64,000 nt of DNA from an uncultured bacterium. Lineage in GTDB: Bacteria; CSSED10-310; CAZUFC01. Both the position numbers and the translations under genes were made by a program. The notes beneath the pieces were generated by a model, which was not told the DNA's origin, searched no databases, and saw only the letters and a list, made by a program, of their open reading frames with translations. Positions 38,896 through 49,147 of this stretch are shown here, piece after piece; positions within the stretch are counted from its first letter, which is position 1; every line of letters starts with the position of its first letter. The DNA lies in assembly GCA_964619725.1 (NCBI GenBank), contig CAZUFC010000013.1:46570-110569 (forward strand), read 5' to 3'.

Positions 38896-40620
38896 ATGAT
38901 GGATTCTCCAAAATCGAGTTCATACGTTAAGTCTTTTCGTGAATCGGTCGTACTTTTCGTCATAGTCATCGTTTCTCAATCGGTCGTATTTCATAAGGTA
39001 CCTTATGATAATGTTGCGAGCAGAACGAATATCGTATTATCGGTAATCAATCATGGAACTTTTCAAATCGATGCCTATCATGAAAATACTTTGGATAAAG
39101 CATTTCGATCGGGGCGCTATTTCTCCGACAAGGCGCCCGGAGGAGCGCTTCTGGCAGCATTGCTTCTTTATGTCCCGGTAAAAACGCTGAATTTTACCGG
39201 ACTGCAAATTAGCGATGAAGTCGTCAGGTACTTTGCGAGAATCCTGGTCGTCTCATTCCCCGTCGGCATCATGGCGCTGCTGATGTTTAATTGGGCTTCG
39301 GACCTGGTAAAATCTCACTCATTGCGTATGCTGCCTGTCTTGTTTTATGCGCTTGGAACACCGGCTTATCCTTACTCCACTTTATTCTATGGGGCTCAAA
39401 CAGCGGCGGCTTTCGGTTTTTTTGCTTTTTTACTCATAATTATGCCGCTCGGCAACAAAGAAGGGCCGAATAAAAAGTTCTTTTATCGAGGTTTCCTGGC
39501 CGGCGCTTTAGCTTCTTTTTCCGCTGCTTCCGTTTATCCTGCTGCCCTGCTATGGATACTCTGTTTTCTATTTACAATTTTTCTGAAAAAGTCTAAAGCT
39601 TCAATCCTTTCTTTCATCGCGGGTTCGATCCCGATAGCTCTGGGAGTCGCCTTATACCATCAAATCTGTTTCGGAGGCATCCTGCAGACGGGTTATCAGT
39701 ATAAATTTCTGGAACATCATGCTCAGATGCATTCGGAAGGTTTTTTCGGCATTACTGTTCCTTCTGCCGCCGCCCTCTGGGGTATAACCTTCAGCGTTGA
39801 AAAAGGTTTATTTTATTACGCGCCCCATTTGCTCTTCGGTATCGCCGGACTGTTTTACGTTCTTAAATCCAAATGGAAATCCGCAGCGCTGTTTTGCATT
39901 ACCATTATTTTTACCTTCATCCTTTTCAACTCCGCATTCCAGGATTGGAAGGCCGGATGGACCTTCGGACCAAGACATCTGCTGCCCGCCATTCCTTATA
40001 TGACAATAGGCAGCTTTTTTTTCCTCAAAGTCGCATCAACAAGAAAAAATCCGGAAAAATATTTCCTCATCTCAGTCTACTTTTGCCTGGGTATCGTCTC
40101 CATGTTTCCGACGTTTCTCGCCGCCTTTACTACTCCGCATATACCCCTCTCTTTTGAAAGCCCGGTTTTTGAATTTCTTGTCCCAATTTTCATGAAAGGA
40201 TACAGCGTCATTTCTCCGGTCAGTATGGCCGGTTTGCCTCCCCAGTCGGCGCCTGCTATTTTGTTCGTTTTCATCGCTTTGCTTATGCTTTATACCTTTT
40301 GGAAAAACAATGTCTTTAGACGAATTAACAGCGAGCGATTGTTAGGATTCCTCGCCGGCATTCTAACCGTTTCGATTTTTTTTGGACTTACAGCTTATTA
40401 TTCGTTTAAAATCGCAAAGCCCGATAATTTTGAACGTAAAGGAGCGCGCGCCCAGGTGTTTTTGGCTGGAAAGATGTGGGATGAAGCGGAAACTGAAGCA
40501 AGAGAGATATTACGGCAAAATCAGAATGTCAGGTTCGCGTGGGAAATACTGGCGATTTGCAGAGAGAAAAAAAAGGAAAAGGAGAATAATAATGAAATAT
40601 ATAGGCGCGAAAATCAATAA
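38896..40620 (+). CDS. Multi-pass GT-C-like glycosyltransferase with C-terminal TPR-like helix
   Basis: Periplasmic 'N..SR', 'D.A..G.Y.SDKAPG', 'GT..YPYS', 'GL..Y.P', 'W..GW.FGPRHLLP'; more than 10 TM helices. Confidence 0.7.
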   Translation: MMDSPKSSSYVKSFRESVVLFVIVIVSQSVVFHKVPYDNVASRTNIVLSVINHGTFQIDAYHENTLDKAFRSGRYFSDKAPGGALLAALLLYVPVKTLNFTGLQISDEVVRYFARILVVSFPVGIMALLMFNWASDLVKSHSLRMLPVLFYALGTPAYPYSTLFYGAQTAAAFGFFAFLLIIMPLGNKEGPNKKFFYRGFLAGALASFSAASVYPAALLWILCFLFTIFLKKSKASILSFIAGSIPIALGVALYHQICFGGILQTGYQYKFLEHHAQMHSEGFFGITVPSAAALWGITFSVEKGLFYYAPHLLFGIAGLFYVLKSKWKSAALFCITIIFTFILFNSAFQDWKAGWTFGPRHLLPAIPYMTIGSFFFLKVASTRKNPEKYFLISVYFCLGIVSMFPTFLAAFTTPHIPLSFESPVFEFLVPIFMKGYSVISPVSMAGLPPQSAPAILFVFIALLMLYTFWKNNVFRRINSERLLGFLAGILTVSIFFGLTAYYSFKIAKPDNFERKGARAQVFLAGKMWDEAETEAREILRQNQNVRFAWEILAICREKKKEKENNNEIYRRENQ

Positions 40621-41254
40621 GCCTAGATTCGCCGTTTTCATCGCTTCTTCGATCAGCCTCATGCTGCTGGCGGGGTGCGCTGCAGCCTTGAGCGGTAAGA
40701 TTAAAGAAAGAGAAACCGCATATAATCTATCGGGAATCAAGGTCGTTATTGAATCGGAAAACAAAGTGCAGGAAACTTATTCCGATCAGAAAGGCAATTA
40801 CAATTTCACCAATCTCAAAAAAGGCGAATACGATATTAAAATCGAAGACAATCAGGATTATCTTCCATTTCATGCGGTTATAAGAATTCAAAAACCTGAA
40901 AAAATGATTAAGGACATCGAATTGAAACCGATGCCGTCCATTAAAGGAAAAGTCTTTGACGGCGCCATGCCGGTAAACGGAATGAAGGTGGAATTGTGGT
41001 CGATCGATAGAAAAAATCATTTAAATTCAATCACTGACGCCAAAGGGGAATTTCAATTTCCAGGTCTTCAACCAGGCGATTACTACCTGGAAGCTTTCAA
41101 TAAGACAAAATCCTGCCGGCGAAAAGTGACGCTGGAATACGGAACGACAGTCCTGGACCTCTTTCTGGAAAAACCTGTCCGATTGGAACCGGGAAAAGTT
41201 CAAGGAAGAGAAAGTTCATTGCTAGGTACAGTTCCGCATCGCGACAGCAATTAA
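40592..41254 (+). CDS. Lipoprotein with two carboxypeptidase-regulatory-like (prealbumin fold) domains
   Basis: AAGGAG RBS, LAGC lipobox, two 'T(S)D..G.Y/F.F..L..G.Y' repeats. Confidence 0.8.
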   Translation: MKYIGAKINKPRFAVFIASSISLMLLAGCAAALSGKIKERETAYNLSGIKVVIESENKVQETYSDQKGNYNFTNLKKGEYDIKIEDNQDYLPFHAVIRIQKPEKMIKDIELKPMPSIKGKVFDGAMPVNGMKVELWSIDRKNHLNSITDAKGEFQFPGLQPGDYYLEAFNKTKSCRRKVTLEYGTTVLDLFLEKPVRLEPGKVQGRESSLLGTVPHRDSN

Positions 41255-41266
41255 TTCCAATTACGG

Positions 41267-42967
41267 GTGAAAGTAATCATGGAAAACCAGCAGACTTCCC
41301 GAATAATACTAAAGATTGTTTTAAGCGCCGTTATATTGTTCTCTGTAACAATGACGATCGTTTTGGGCTTGCGCTTCTGGGATAAGCATACTTCAAAGGA
41401 AAAAAGGGCGGAACGCTATGATCAGAAACAACCGGTAAAGAGTGATTTTCTTTTTAAATTGGAACTCAAAGGGAAAACTGACCGATTGTCTGAAACCAGA
41501 ATCTTTTTCGAAGGAAGGGAAGTAGACAAGAAAGATTATGTAAAAAAAAGCGGAGATCGTTTTTTGTGCAATTTTCCGTTTGCCGCTTATTCTGCTGAAC
41601 TGAAAAAATATGCTCTCGTGTTTGATCCGGACGACAACGGAAAGGAACTCACTTTTCAGGAATATTTTGAGACGGATATAGACAAAGGCGAATATTTTTT
41701 TTCTAAAAACTTTGAAGATATTTTTCCGGAAGCCCTGAAAGATGAGACTAAAACTGTGAAGGAAAGAGCGGAGAGCGTTCCGGTAAAAATGAAAGACCAG
41801 GAAGAGAAGAAAAAGGTGACTGAAGCAGAGTCAGAGGTAGCTGATGGTGCGGACGAATCCCGGATGCGCCGGCCTGAACGAAAGTCGCCGCCCGCTAGCC
41901 CTGCATTCACTGGAAAATTAAAATTATCTGTAAAAAACCGCGATACCGGTGAGGCGGTTCAAGGTGCGATCGCTTATTTGAAAAACGGAGAGGATTGGCG
42001 TGCCGTTTCGCCTGGAACGGATACAAGCGGTGTAACTGAAGTGAAAAATCTGCCGAATGCGCCCTTCCTTTTGTCAATCAGACGAGAGGGATATGAGGAT
42101 TACGAATTGAATATTGAAAAGAGCCGGGAAGATTTTAATGTTTTAATGAAAGAGAAAAAATGTCATCTGACGCTCAATATAGGACCTGTTTCAGCGCTTG
42201 TTAAATATCGAGGAATCGTCATAGGCGAATCTTCTCCGGGCCGGGATTTCATTCATGCTTTCCCATGCAGTATAATAAAACTGCAGATACACCCGACCGA
42301 CTCAGGAAAAGGATACGCTTCTGAAAAAAGAGAAATCGATCTCACCCAGGGAGACGTCACAAAGGAAGTGTTTCTTGTTGAAGATCACTATGAAACGGCG
42401 GAAAAGTTTTATGCTGAGGCGATGAAGACAAATGATATTAAGCTCTTCGAGCAGGCGGCCATACAATATGAACAGGTTCGAATGATAGGCGTTACTCATC
42501 ATGCTCGCAATAAATATTTAAACGCTCAGTATTACGCGGGACAGATATATGCAGAGCAATTGTTCGAGTATGATAAAGCGAGAAAAAGTTTCATGAAAAT
42601 AAGAGAGACGGATGCGCAGGCGAAGCCCACGATATATTACTACCTGGCGAAGATCGACTTTGAATCGAACAATTACAGAGATGTATTCGAACATATGAAC
42701 GATTTGAATTCATGTTCGGAATATCTGCCGGACGAACAAAGGATGGAAATTTTATTCCGCACAAAATATTATCTGGCGAAAAGCGCATTCGAGATGTGGA
42801 AAACTTCTGATGATGCGGGGAAAGATAAAATGCGGAAAAATGCAATCTATCATTTGAAAGACGCCATGGTGTATTACGATAAAGAACTTTCAGCGGACCA
42901 GAATGCGGCAGCGAGATTAAAAAGATATAATGATGAATTGAAAGAACTGTTGAATTTTCTCGAATAG
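41267..42967 (+). CDS. Membrane-anchored protein with prealbumin/PEGA-like domains and C-terminal TPRs
   Basis: N-terminal TM; 'TD.SG...V..L', 'I.REGYE'; TPR-like 'AQYYAGQIY...Y.KA...F'. Confidence 0.65.
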   Translation: MKVIMENQQTSRIILKIVLSAVILFSVTMTIVLGLRFWDKHTSKEKRAERYDQKQPVKSDFLFKLELKGKTDRLSETRIFFEGREVDKKDYVKKSGDRFLCNFPFAAYSAELKKYALVFDPDDNGKELTFQEYFETDIDKGEYFFSKNFEDIFPEALKDETKTVKERAESVPVKMKDQEEKKKVTEAESEVADGADESRMRRPERKSPPASPAFTGKLKLSVKNRDTGEAVQGAIAYLKNGEDWRAVSPGTDTSGVTEVKNLPNAPFLLSIRREGYEDYELNIEKSREDFNVLMKEKKCHLTLNIGPVSALVKYRGIVIGESSPGRDFIHAFPCSIIKLQIHPTDSGKGYASEKREIDLTQGDVTKEVFLVEDHYETAEKFYAEAMKTNDIKLFEQAAIQYEQVRMIGVTHHARNKYLNAQYYAGQIYAEQLFEYDKARKSFMKIRETDAQAKPTIYYYLAKIDFESNNYRDVFEHMNDLNSCSEYLPDEQRMEILFRTKYYLAKSAFEMWKTSDDAGKDKMRKNAIYHLKDAMVYYDKELSADQNAAARLKRYNDELKELLNFLE

Positions 42968-42974
42968 AGATTAA

Positions 42975-44369
42975 ATGAGATTACCTAACGTGATAACCTT
43001 TTTAAAACATGGTAGACAGTCGGTCTTCAGCAATTTTAGAGAATTTTCTTTACTCCGTGGGTGGGGCGGAGCGCCGGCATACCGTTTTAAGGGGGGACAA
43101 TCTTTACTTTTTTTGATCGTTTGCTGTTTTGCGGTAATTATGTTTTTCGTTGAGGCATCGTTCTGCAACGATCAGAGTATTGTTGGCGAATTACGGTGGG
43201 ATGAGAGTTTGGGCTATTCATATGCACAGTTGATGGAAAGACCTGTTATTATGAAGAGCATAGAGTTGTCGGCTGCTTCTCCTGAAACGGGACGGATACA
43301 GCATCCGAAGTTTTCTCCTTCAGGACGGCATATAGCTTTTGAAATTGAAAGAGAGGAAACGATAGAGCTATGGATGTTAGACCTTAAAACGAAAAGTAAA
43401 CAGAAAGTAGAGACGGAGAGCAGCGGATACTTCGATTCTAATGAAATAACGGGAGATATGGATTGGAGTCCGCTTATCATTAATGACAAGGAATGGTTCG
43501 TATTCGTTCACAAGGACAGATCGGAAAACGTGTTATTGCTCAATTACATAAAGGACGGCGTTATCGGTTCTTCTCATCAAAGATTAACTGGGATAGAAAA
43601 CCGTTTTTTGCTCTCCTCTCCCCAATGGAGTTCGGATGCGGAATTTCTGATTTTCTATTCGACTCAATCCGGATTCGGGGATATTTTCATCATTCCGGAT
43701 ATAAAAAAGAATCTCTCAGGCGCCGGCGTAAATTTTGTTGAGACGAAAAGATTGAGAGGTCAGAGCAGCGATCTGGAACCGGAATTATGGCCCTCCATCA
43801 TCAAAGATGATACGGGAAACTATTTCGCGTTCTATTCCTCGCCAGGCGAAAATGATAATTATCAGATCAGGCAACTTTGGTTTTCAAGGAATAAAATACC
43901 CAAAAAACAGAAGGATTACCTTTTTTGGGGTGATCCGCTTTATGATGCCGTCAGGCCGTCTTATATCGATAAGCACAAGCTGGCTTTTTACAGAACAAGG
44001 AGAAGTTTAAGCCGGTCTACCCATACGACCATATGCATTTTTGATCCTGATGAACGAAAACTGATTGAGATTGCTGAAAAAGAGGGAGTCGTTCCCAATA
44101 AAAGAAGGGGGCCGTTGGTTTTTGAAGGCGGTATGCTTTATACGGGAGCGAGTAAATTTGAAAACAATCCCATCGTGATGACGGATTTTAATGGAAATGA
44201 AATTTTTCGATATGATAAAACGGTTCATAATTTTGACATTGACGTTTATCACGATGTGAAGGCTAATTGTTTTAAACTGACCTACACAGCAGTAAAAAAT
44301 GGAAAATCCTGTCTTTTCCTGGCCTTTCTCAATATAAACGACAGGATGGGAATATCCGGGAAGCCTTGA
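42975..44369 (+). CDS. Exported TolB-like (PD40) beta-propeller protein
   Basis: 'HPKFSPSGRHIAF', 'DWSP', 'PQWSSD..FL.F.S...G..DIF'; true start may be downstream. Confidence 0.7.
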   Translation: MRLPNVITFLKHGRQSVFSNFREFSLLRGWGGAPAYRFKGGQSLLFLIVCCFAVIMFFVEASFCNDQSIVGELRWDESLGYSYAQLMERPVIMKSIELSAASPETGRIQHPKFSPSGRHIAFEIEREETIELWMLDLKTKSKQKVETESSGYFDSNEITGDMDWSPLIINDKEWFVFVHKDRSENVLLLNYIKDGVIGSSHQRLTGIENRFLLSSPQWSSDAEFLIFYSTQSGFGDIFIIPDIKKNLSGAGVNFVETKRLRGQSSDLEPELWPSIIKDDTGNYFAFYSSPGENDNYQIRQLWFSRNKIPKKQKDYLFWGDPLYDAVRPSYIDKHKLAFYRTRRSLSRSTHTTICIFDPDERKLIEIAEKEGVVPNKRRGPLVFEGGMLYTGASKFENNPIVMTDFNGNEIFRYDKTVHNFDIDVYHDVKANCFKLTYTAVKNGKSCLFLAFLNINDRMGISGKP

Positions 44370-44370
44370 A

Positions 44371-45822
44371 ATGGAAAAAATTTTCACTAGCCTTTTGACC
44401 GTTGCGGCTCTCTTTAGTTTCTTGATCATTGATCAGGAATTTTACGATCCGAAAAGTCCTGTCGATAAAATGATTTACGACAATAATTACGAAGAGGCGT
44501 TGACGGAATTGAATAATGATGGACTCGAACAATGGATTCTTAAGGGCAAAGCCTTATATGAACTTGGTCTTATTTATGAAAGAATTTTCCGCTTGACGGT
44601 CAATGAACAACTGCAGGCTTACGAAATTTCACTCAGAGAAAATCACGATTTTTACCTTAATTTTTTCTATGCCAGATGCCTTTTCCTGAATGGAAAATAT
44701 GAAAAATCTGCAGCTCTTTTCGATAAGCTGGTTGCCGCTCCTGAATCATCAGATGATCCTGAAATCAAAAAATTGCTGCTGGTCTGGCGCTCCGCTTCCT
44801 CAATATTGCGTGATTCCTCCGCTCAAAACGAAAATTTCAGAAAAGAACGCCTGCTGTTGAAAGAAATAAAAAAAGAATTTATTGAAACGGATAACATCAT
44901 GTGCGAAGAAAAAAGCTTCCGTTCATCTCTTCTTCGAAGCTTTGAAAAAAGAAACGTTTTCTGGTGCAATTCTAAGCAAAGGAGTTACGACAAGTATCCG
45001 CTCGCCTCTGAAGAAAACATCACGCCATGGAAACCTGTTTTCGAAATAGAATCCGTTCGATATTTCGACCCGCTTTCTCTTTACGCATCATCTGTGAATT
45101 ATTTCCGGTCAGCAGCAATAAATTTTCAACGAGCTGCAGATGCTTGCGCCAATCACACCTGCTCTGAAAAATTCCTGCCGGTCCTGAAGGAAAGAACAGC
45201 TTTAAGTTATTTCAAATCCAGGGATTATTCGAAAGCTGAAGCGTATCTAATTGGCTCCGGTTCTGTCCGTTCGCGCATCATAAAAGAATGGATTGAAGTA
45301 ACTAAAAAAGAACACGTGGATGAAACTGCTGTAAGAAAAATTATAAAATCCGTTATGGAGAACGACGTTCCCCTTGCAGACTGGAAGCTTCTGCTCGAAT
45401 TCGTTCATTCCGTTTCATTCGATAAGATTTCGCTTGGTGAATTGTCGGAGAAATTTGAGGAGATGATCAAAAAATCAGACCTGCAGCATCAATTACCGAA
45501 AAGATTTCAACATGAAATGGCCGATTATCTTATGCTGCTTTATAAAAATGAAAATACGGATGACTTGTTGAGAAACCTGAAGAAATATAATCCGGAATTC
45601 TCCGGAGATATCTGGAAAAATAATGACCCTTTATTCCTCATTACCTGGTCCTCGCTTATTGCTCTTTCTGATCTTTCGAGCGACTACACCCTGAAACAGG
45701 GAAATTTGATGAGCGTAAAATCAAAAATGCCGGCTTTAATTCCTATGATTGAAGCTTTTCAGGTCATACTGGAGAACAAATTCAAAGGCGCCGCGCAAAA
45801 ACCGCGGTACGATTCAAATTAA
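44371..45822 (+). CDS. Exported TPR-like helical protein
   Basis: Signal segment; 'KGKALYELG', 'YARCLFLNGKYEKSAALF', 'ALSYFKSRDYSKAE'. Confidence 0.6.
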   Translation: MEKIFTSLLTVAALFSFLIIDQEFYDPKSPVDKMIYDNNYEEALTELNNDGLEQWILKGKALYELGLIYERIFRLTVNEQLQAYEISLRENHDFYLNFFYARCLFLNGKYEKSAALFDKLVAAPESSDDPEIKKLLLVWRSASSILRDSSAQNENFRKERLLLKEIKKEFIETDNIMCEEKSFRSSLLRSFEKRNVFWCNSKQRSYDKYPLASEENITPWKPVFEIESVRYFDPLSLYASSVNYFRSAAINFQRAADACANHTCSEKFLPVLKERTALSYFKSRDYSKAEAYLIGSGSVRSRIIKEWIEVTKKEHVDETAVRKIIKSVMENDVPLADWKLLLEFVHSVSFDKISLGELSEKFEEMIKKSDLQHQLPKRFQHEMADYLMLLYKNENTDDLLRNLKKYNPEFSGDIWKNNDPLFLITWSSLIALSDLSSDYTLKQGNLMSVKSKMPALIPMIEAFQVILENKFKGAAQKPRYDSN

Positions 45823-45849
45823 TTGAGTTCAACTAACAGACGATTTGTC

Positions 45850-47478
45850 ATGACATCAAAAAAACAACGGCATAAATTCACTATTCATAAATCTTTCAAA
45901 TCAAACCGCCTGTCATGTCTGCTGATCCGGCTTCTTGTTTCCATCTTGTTTCTTCTGAAATTCAATCTGGTTTACGGTTCTCCCGCACCAGAGGATAAAT
46001 CAACGTTAATGCTGGAATTGCAGAATGACATTTCAAAACGGAAGGCCCATGAAAATCTAATAATGAATCCGTCAGCAGAGGATCAGGAGGGACTCTTCAA
46101 ATTTTATTTTGTTTTATTCATGGATAACGTCAGTTCTGAAAATGAAAATACTGCCCGTCATTATTTGGCTGAGTTTTACGAAGCGATAAATTGCGATCGG
46201 AATGCCATGGAGCATTGGAAAGCAATCTTAAGGTCTGACCCTCACGATGCTGCAGCGCAGCTCAGTTTATTCGATTTATATCTTTCACAGAAGAAGTTCA
46301 GCGGCGCATTGGAGGTTTTTTGCGCGGGAGCGGAAGGGTGCGCATTGGATAAGGCTGGAATGAATGAATACTTCATCCGGCTTCAGCGGTTGTTCGAAAC
46401 CTTTTTAAAAAGGAAAGATAAATCGGACAACGATTCTGAGAAGAAAAAAATGGAGAACATTCTAACCGGATTATGGCTTTATTCCAGATGGAATAACAGG
46501 GAAGAGGCGGAATTATTACTGAGAAAAAGTCGGACAGTTTTCGAACGGGCAGCCTATAAAAGATTAAAAACGAAATACAGGGATATTGAAAAACACAAGA
46601 ATTTTCAATTATCAAGTAAAGGGAGTGCGGAACGATTAAGGCTTGAGGACCTCACGGATGTGAAGTCGCTTGATTTTTCACGCTGTCGCCGGAGTGAAAC
46701 GCTGGATGATGAAATTAATATTTTTGAAAGAATCAGGCAATGGACGCCGAAGGAGATTCCTGTATTGAATAATCTTGCGGTTTTATATTTCAAAAACGGG
46801 GAATGTCGAAAATCACTGGATTCGTTGATCGAAATCGTGAATTTAAGTCCTTTTTATAAAATCGGATGGGACAATTTGATCCTGGAAATAACGGCTCTTC
46901 AAACGAATAATGACCTTAAGGATTTTTACAGATGGAAAAAAATGGAGCTTCAATTAATGGAAAAGAAGGCCGAAAGCGATTTTACATTATCATCAGCCGT
47001 GCAATTTGAAAAAGAATATCTGGAATCATCCGCTCCGGAGTTGCAAAAAACGCGCAAACAAAAACCAGATAACTATTTGGAAAGTTCTAACGCATTGGAA
47101 TGGTTTACAGGAAGACCAGCTTACGCCAAAAAAGGCTCGTCATTGAAGAAATCGCCCTCACCATCAGCAGCCACGGTTTACCTGGTAAGGACTGACGAGC
47201 GTGTTGAAGTATTGGATATTCATAGGAACTGGTGCAATGTTGAGTTTAATAAAGGAAACGGCCGGACAGGCTGGCTGCATTTCGACGATCTGTTGATTTC
47301 CGCTGTCGTTAAATATGATAACGTCATCGTTGAATTTCCTCGATTAACCAGCAAGAAAGCAGGCCGACTGAAAGAAGGACATCATGTACGATTGCTCGAA
47401 AGGGTCGATGAATGGATCAGAATATCCGTTCTCGAGACGGGAGAAAAAGGCTGGGTTAAAATTACAGGCTTGAAATAA
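45850..47478 (+). CDS. Exported TPR protein with two C-terminal bacterial SH3-like domains
   Basis: TPRs 'LNNLAVLYFKNGE..KS'; SH3b 'VEVL.....WC.V.....G.TGW' and 'L..G..V..L....EWIRI.....G..GWV'. Confidence 0.7.
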   Translation: MTSKKQRHKFTIHKSFKSNRLSCLLIRLLVSILFLLKFNLVYGSPAPEDKSTLMLELQNDISKRKAHENLIMNPSAEDQEGLFKFYFVLFMDNVSSENENTARHYLAEFYEAINCDRNAMEHWKAILRSDPHDAAAQLSLFDLYLSQKKFSGALEVFCAGAEGCALDKAGMNEYFIRLQRLFETFLKRKDKSDNDSEKKKMENILTGLWLYSRWNNREEAELLLRKSRTVFERAAYKRLKTKYRDIEKHKNFQLSSKGSAERLRLEDLTDVKSLDFSRCRRSETLDDEINIFERIRQWTPKEIPVLNNLAVLYFKNGECRKSLDSLIEIVNLSPFYKIGWDNLILEITALQTNNDLKDFYRWKKMELQLMEKKAESDFTLSSAVQFEKEYLESSAPELQKTRKQKPDNYLESSNALEWFTGRPAYAKKGSSLKKSPSPSAATVYLVRTDERVEVLDIHRNWCNVEFNKGNGRTGWLHFDDLLISAVVKYDNVIVEFPRLTSKKAGRLKEGHHVRLLERVDEWIRISVLETGEKGWVKITGLK

Positions 47479-47530
47479 AAAAGAGCAGAAAGCTTGATTT
47501 GGAATTATTTTGAAAGTAACGGAGGAAACA

Positions 47531-49135
47531 ATGAGAAGTAATTATAGTAAGGGTTTTTCGGTTCTGATGGGCCTGCTCTTGTCCGTTTTGTTTTTTTCTG
47601 CTGAAGCGCCGGCAGATGAGATAATTTACGGAACCATTAAAGAAGTTGATTGTCTTAATCCTCTAATCAGCAACCTTCGTTCGACGAGAGAAATTACTGA
47701 TCTTATTTTTCAGCCCCTGGTCAAATATAATGATGCTGAGGAATTTTACTGGGAAATCGATATTGACGAAAGTCCGATGTTGCGGGAACCTCCGGAAGTA
47801 TTGGGAGGCGGATCAAGAATAGACGTCAAATTGCGCAAGAACCTGACCTGGCATGACGGCGAAAACATAACCGCTGACGACCTTCTGTTCACCATTAACT
47901 TGACAAGGAATTCAAAAAGCGATCCCTCAGTAAGGAATCGATATGAATGGATCGATTACATTCAAAAAATCGACGATTGCGAAGCTCGAATATATCTTAA
48001 AAATATCGTGTACAATCCCGTATCGCTTTTGACCGAATTCGTAGTTTTTCCGAAACATATATTTGAAAAAAAGGGGTATGATTATTTGACTGAAGAAGAT
48101 AATTTCGTTTGGAATCCGGTAGGAAACGGGATGTATTATCTCCAGGAAAGAGATGAATCGGGAAAGATATTTTTGAATGCATTCGAGGATTATCTGCCGG
48201 AAAAAGCGAACGTGGACGCCCTGATCCGGCAGAAATTTTCGCAGGCCGATATCATGGTTCAGGAATTTTTTGCCGGCAAAATAGACCTTATCACCGAAAC
48301 ACCCATGAATTACGTCAAAGAATTCAAAGAAATGAAAATGAGGAATCCGATTCAGTTGCAGTATTACAGCCCTTTATCGATACAGGTCATTGCTTTCAAT
48401 TGTTCGAATGAATTTTTGAAAGAGGTTAGAATAAGAAGAGCGTTGACGATGGCGGTCGACCGTGAACACATACTGAAAACCTGGTTCAATAATGAGGGTT
48501 CCGTCATTTCAGGTCCTTATGCAGTGAATGCGTGGTGCGTTAATCCTCATGTTCCGCCTTTAAGGTTCGACTTGCCGGAATCAAAGAAGATTCTGGATGA
48601 TTTTACGGACAAAATTAAAAATGGCATCAGGGTCGGAACGAACGGCGAAAAAATGATTTTCGATTTTCTCATTTCTGACGAGAATGAAGCGGATTCTCCA
48701 GAACGTATTGCCTGTACGGTCATTCAGCAGACGTTCGAGAAGGAGCTGGGCATCAAGTTAAATACGAAAATACTGAAGAAAAACGTCTGGGAGAAGAAGG
48801 TTTTTGAGGAAAGGGATTACGATCTGGCGTTTCTGGGATGGTATTTCCCTTACGGTTACGACGTTTCGCCGATTTTTGAAACCGCAGGCGTGCAGAATTT
48901 CATGGGATATTCCAATGACCAGGTTGACAGATACTGTTCCATAGCAAAACTGGCGGAAGACAGGGCCACGGTAAGAAAAGCCAACTGGAAGATACACGAA
49001 ATACTCCAGGCCGATGCTCCCTGCCTTTTCCTGTGGAGCCTCAAAAGACAAGCCGCCTACTGGGCAAAAATCTATAATCTGAAAATCCACCCGTTTTCCT
49101 TTTTCTGGTGGATCGACAAATGGGAGCTGGAATAG
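47531..49135 (+). CDS. ABC transporter substrate-binding protein, family 5 (peptide/nickel)
   Basis: 'LNPL.......I..LIF..LV', 'LR....WHDG..ITADD..FT', 'PVG.G.Y', 'VR.R.AL..A.DR', 'D.P..FLW'. Confidence 0.9.
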   Translation: MRSNYSKGFSVLMGLLLSVLFFSAEAPADEIIYGTIKEVDCLNPLISNLRSTREITDLIFQPLVKYNDAEEFYWEIDIDESPMLREPPEVLGGGSRIDVKLRKNLTWHDGENITADDLLFTINLTRNSKSDPSVRNRYEWIDYIQKIDDCEARIYLKNIVYNPVSLLTEFVVFPKHIFEKKGYDYLTEEDNFVWNPVGNGMYYLQERDESGKIFLNAFEDYLPEKANVDALIRQKFSQADIMVQEFFAGKIDLITETPMNYVKEFKEMKMRNPIQLQYYSPLSIQVIAFNCSNEFLKEVRIRRALTMAVDREHILKTWFNNEGSVISGPYAVNAWCVNPHVPPLRFDLPESKKILDDFTDKIKNGIRVGTNGEKMIFDFLISDENEADSPERIACTVIQQTFEKELGIKLNTKILKKNVWEKKVFEERDYDLAFLGWYFPYGYDVSPIFETAGVQNFMGYSNDQVDRYCSIAKLAEDRATVRKANWKIHEILQADAPCLFLWSLKRQAAYWAKIYNLKIHPFSFFWWIDKWELE

Positions 49136-49147
49136 CTCTGGTCGCTT

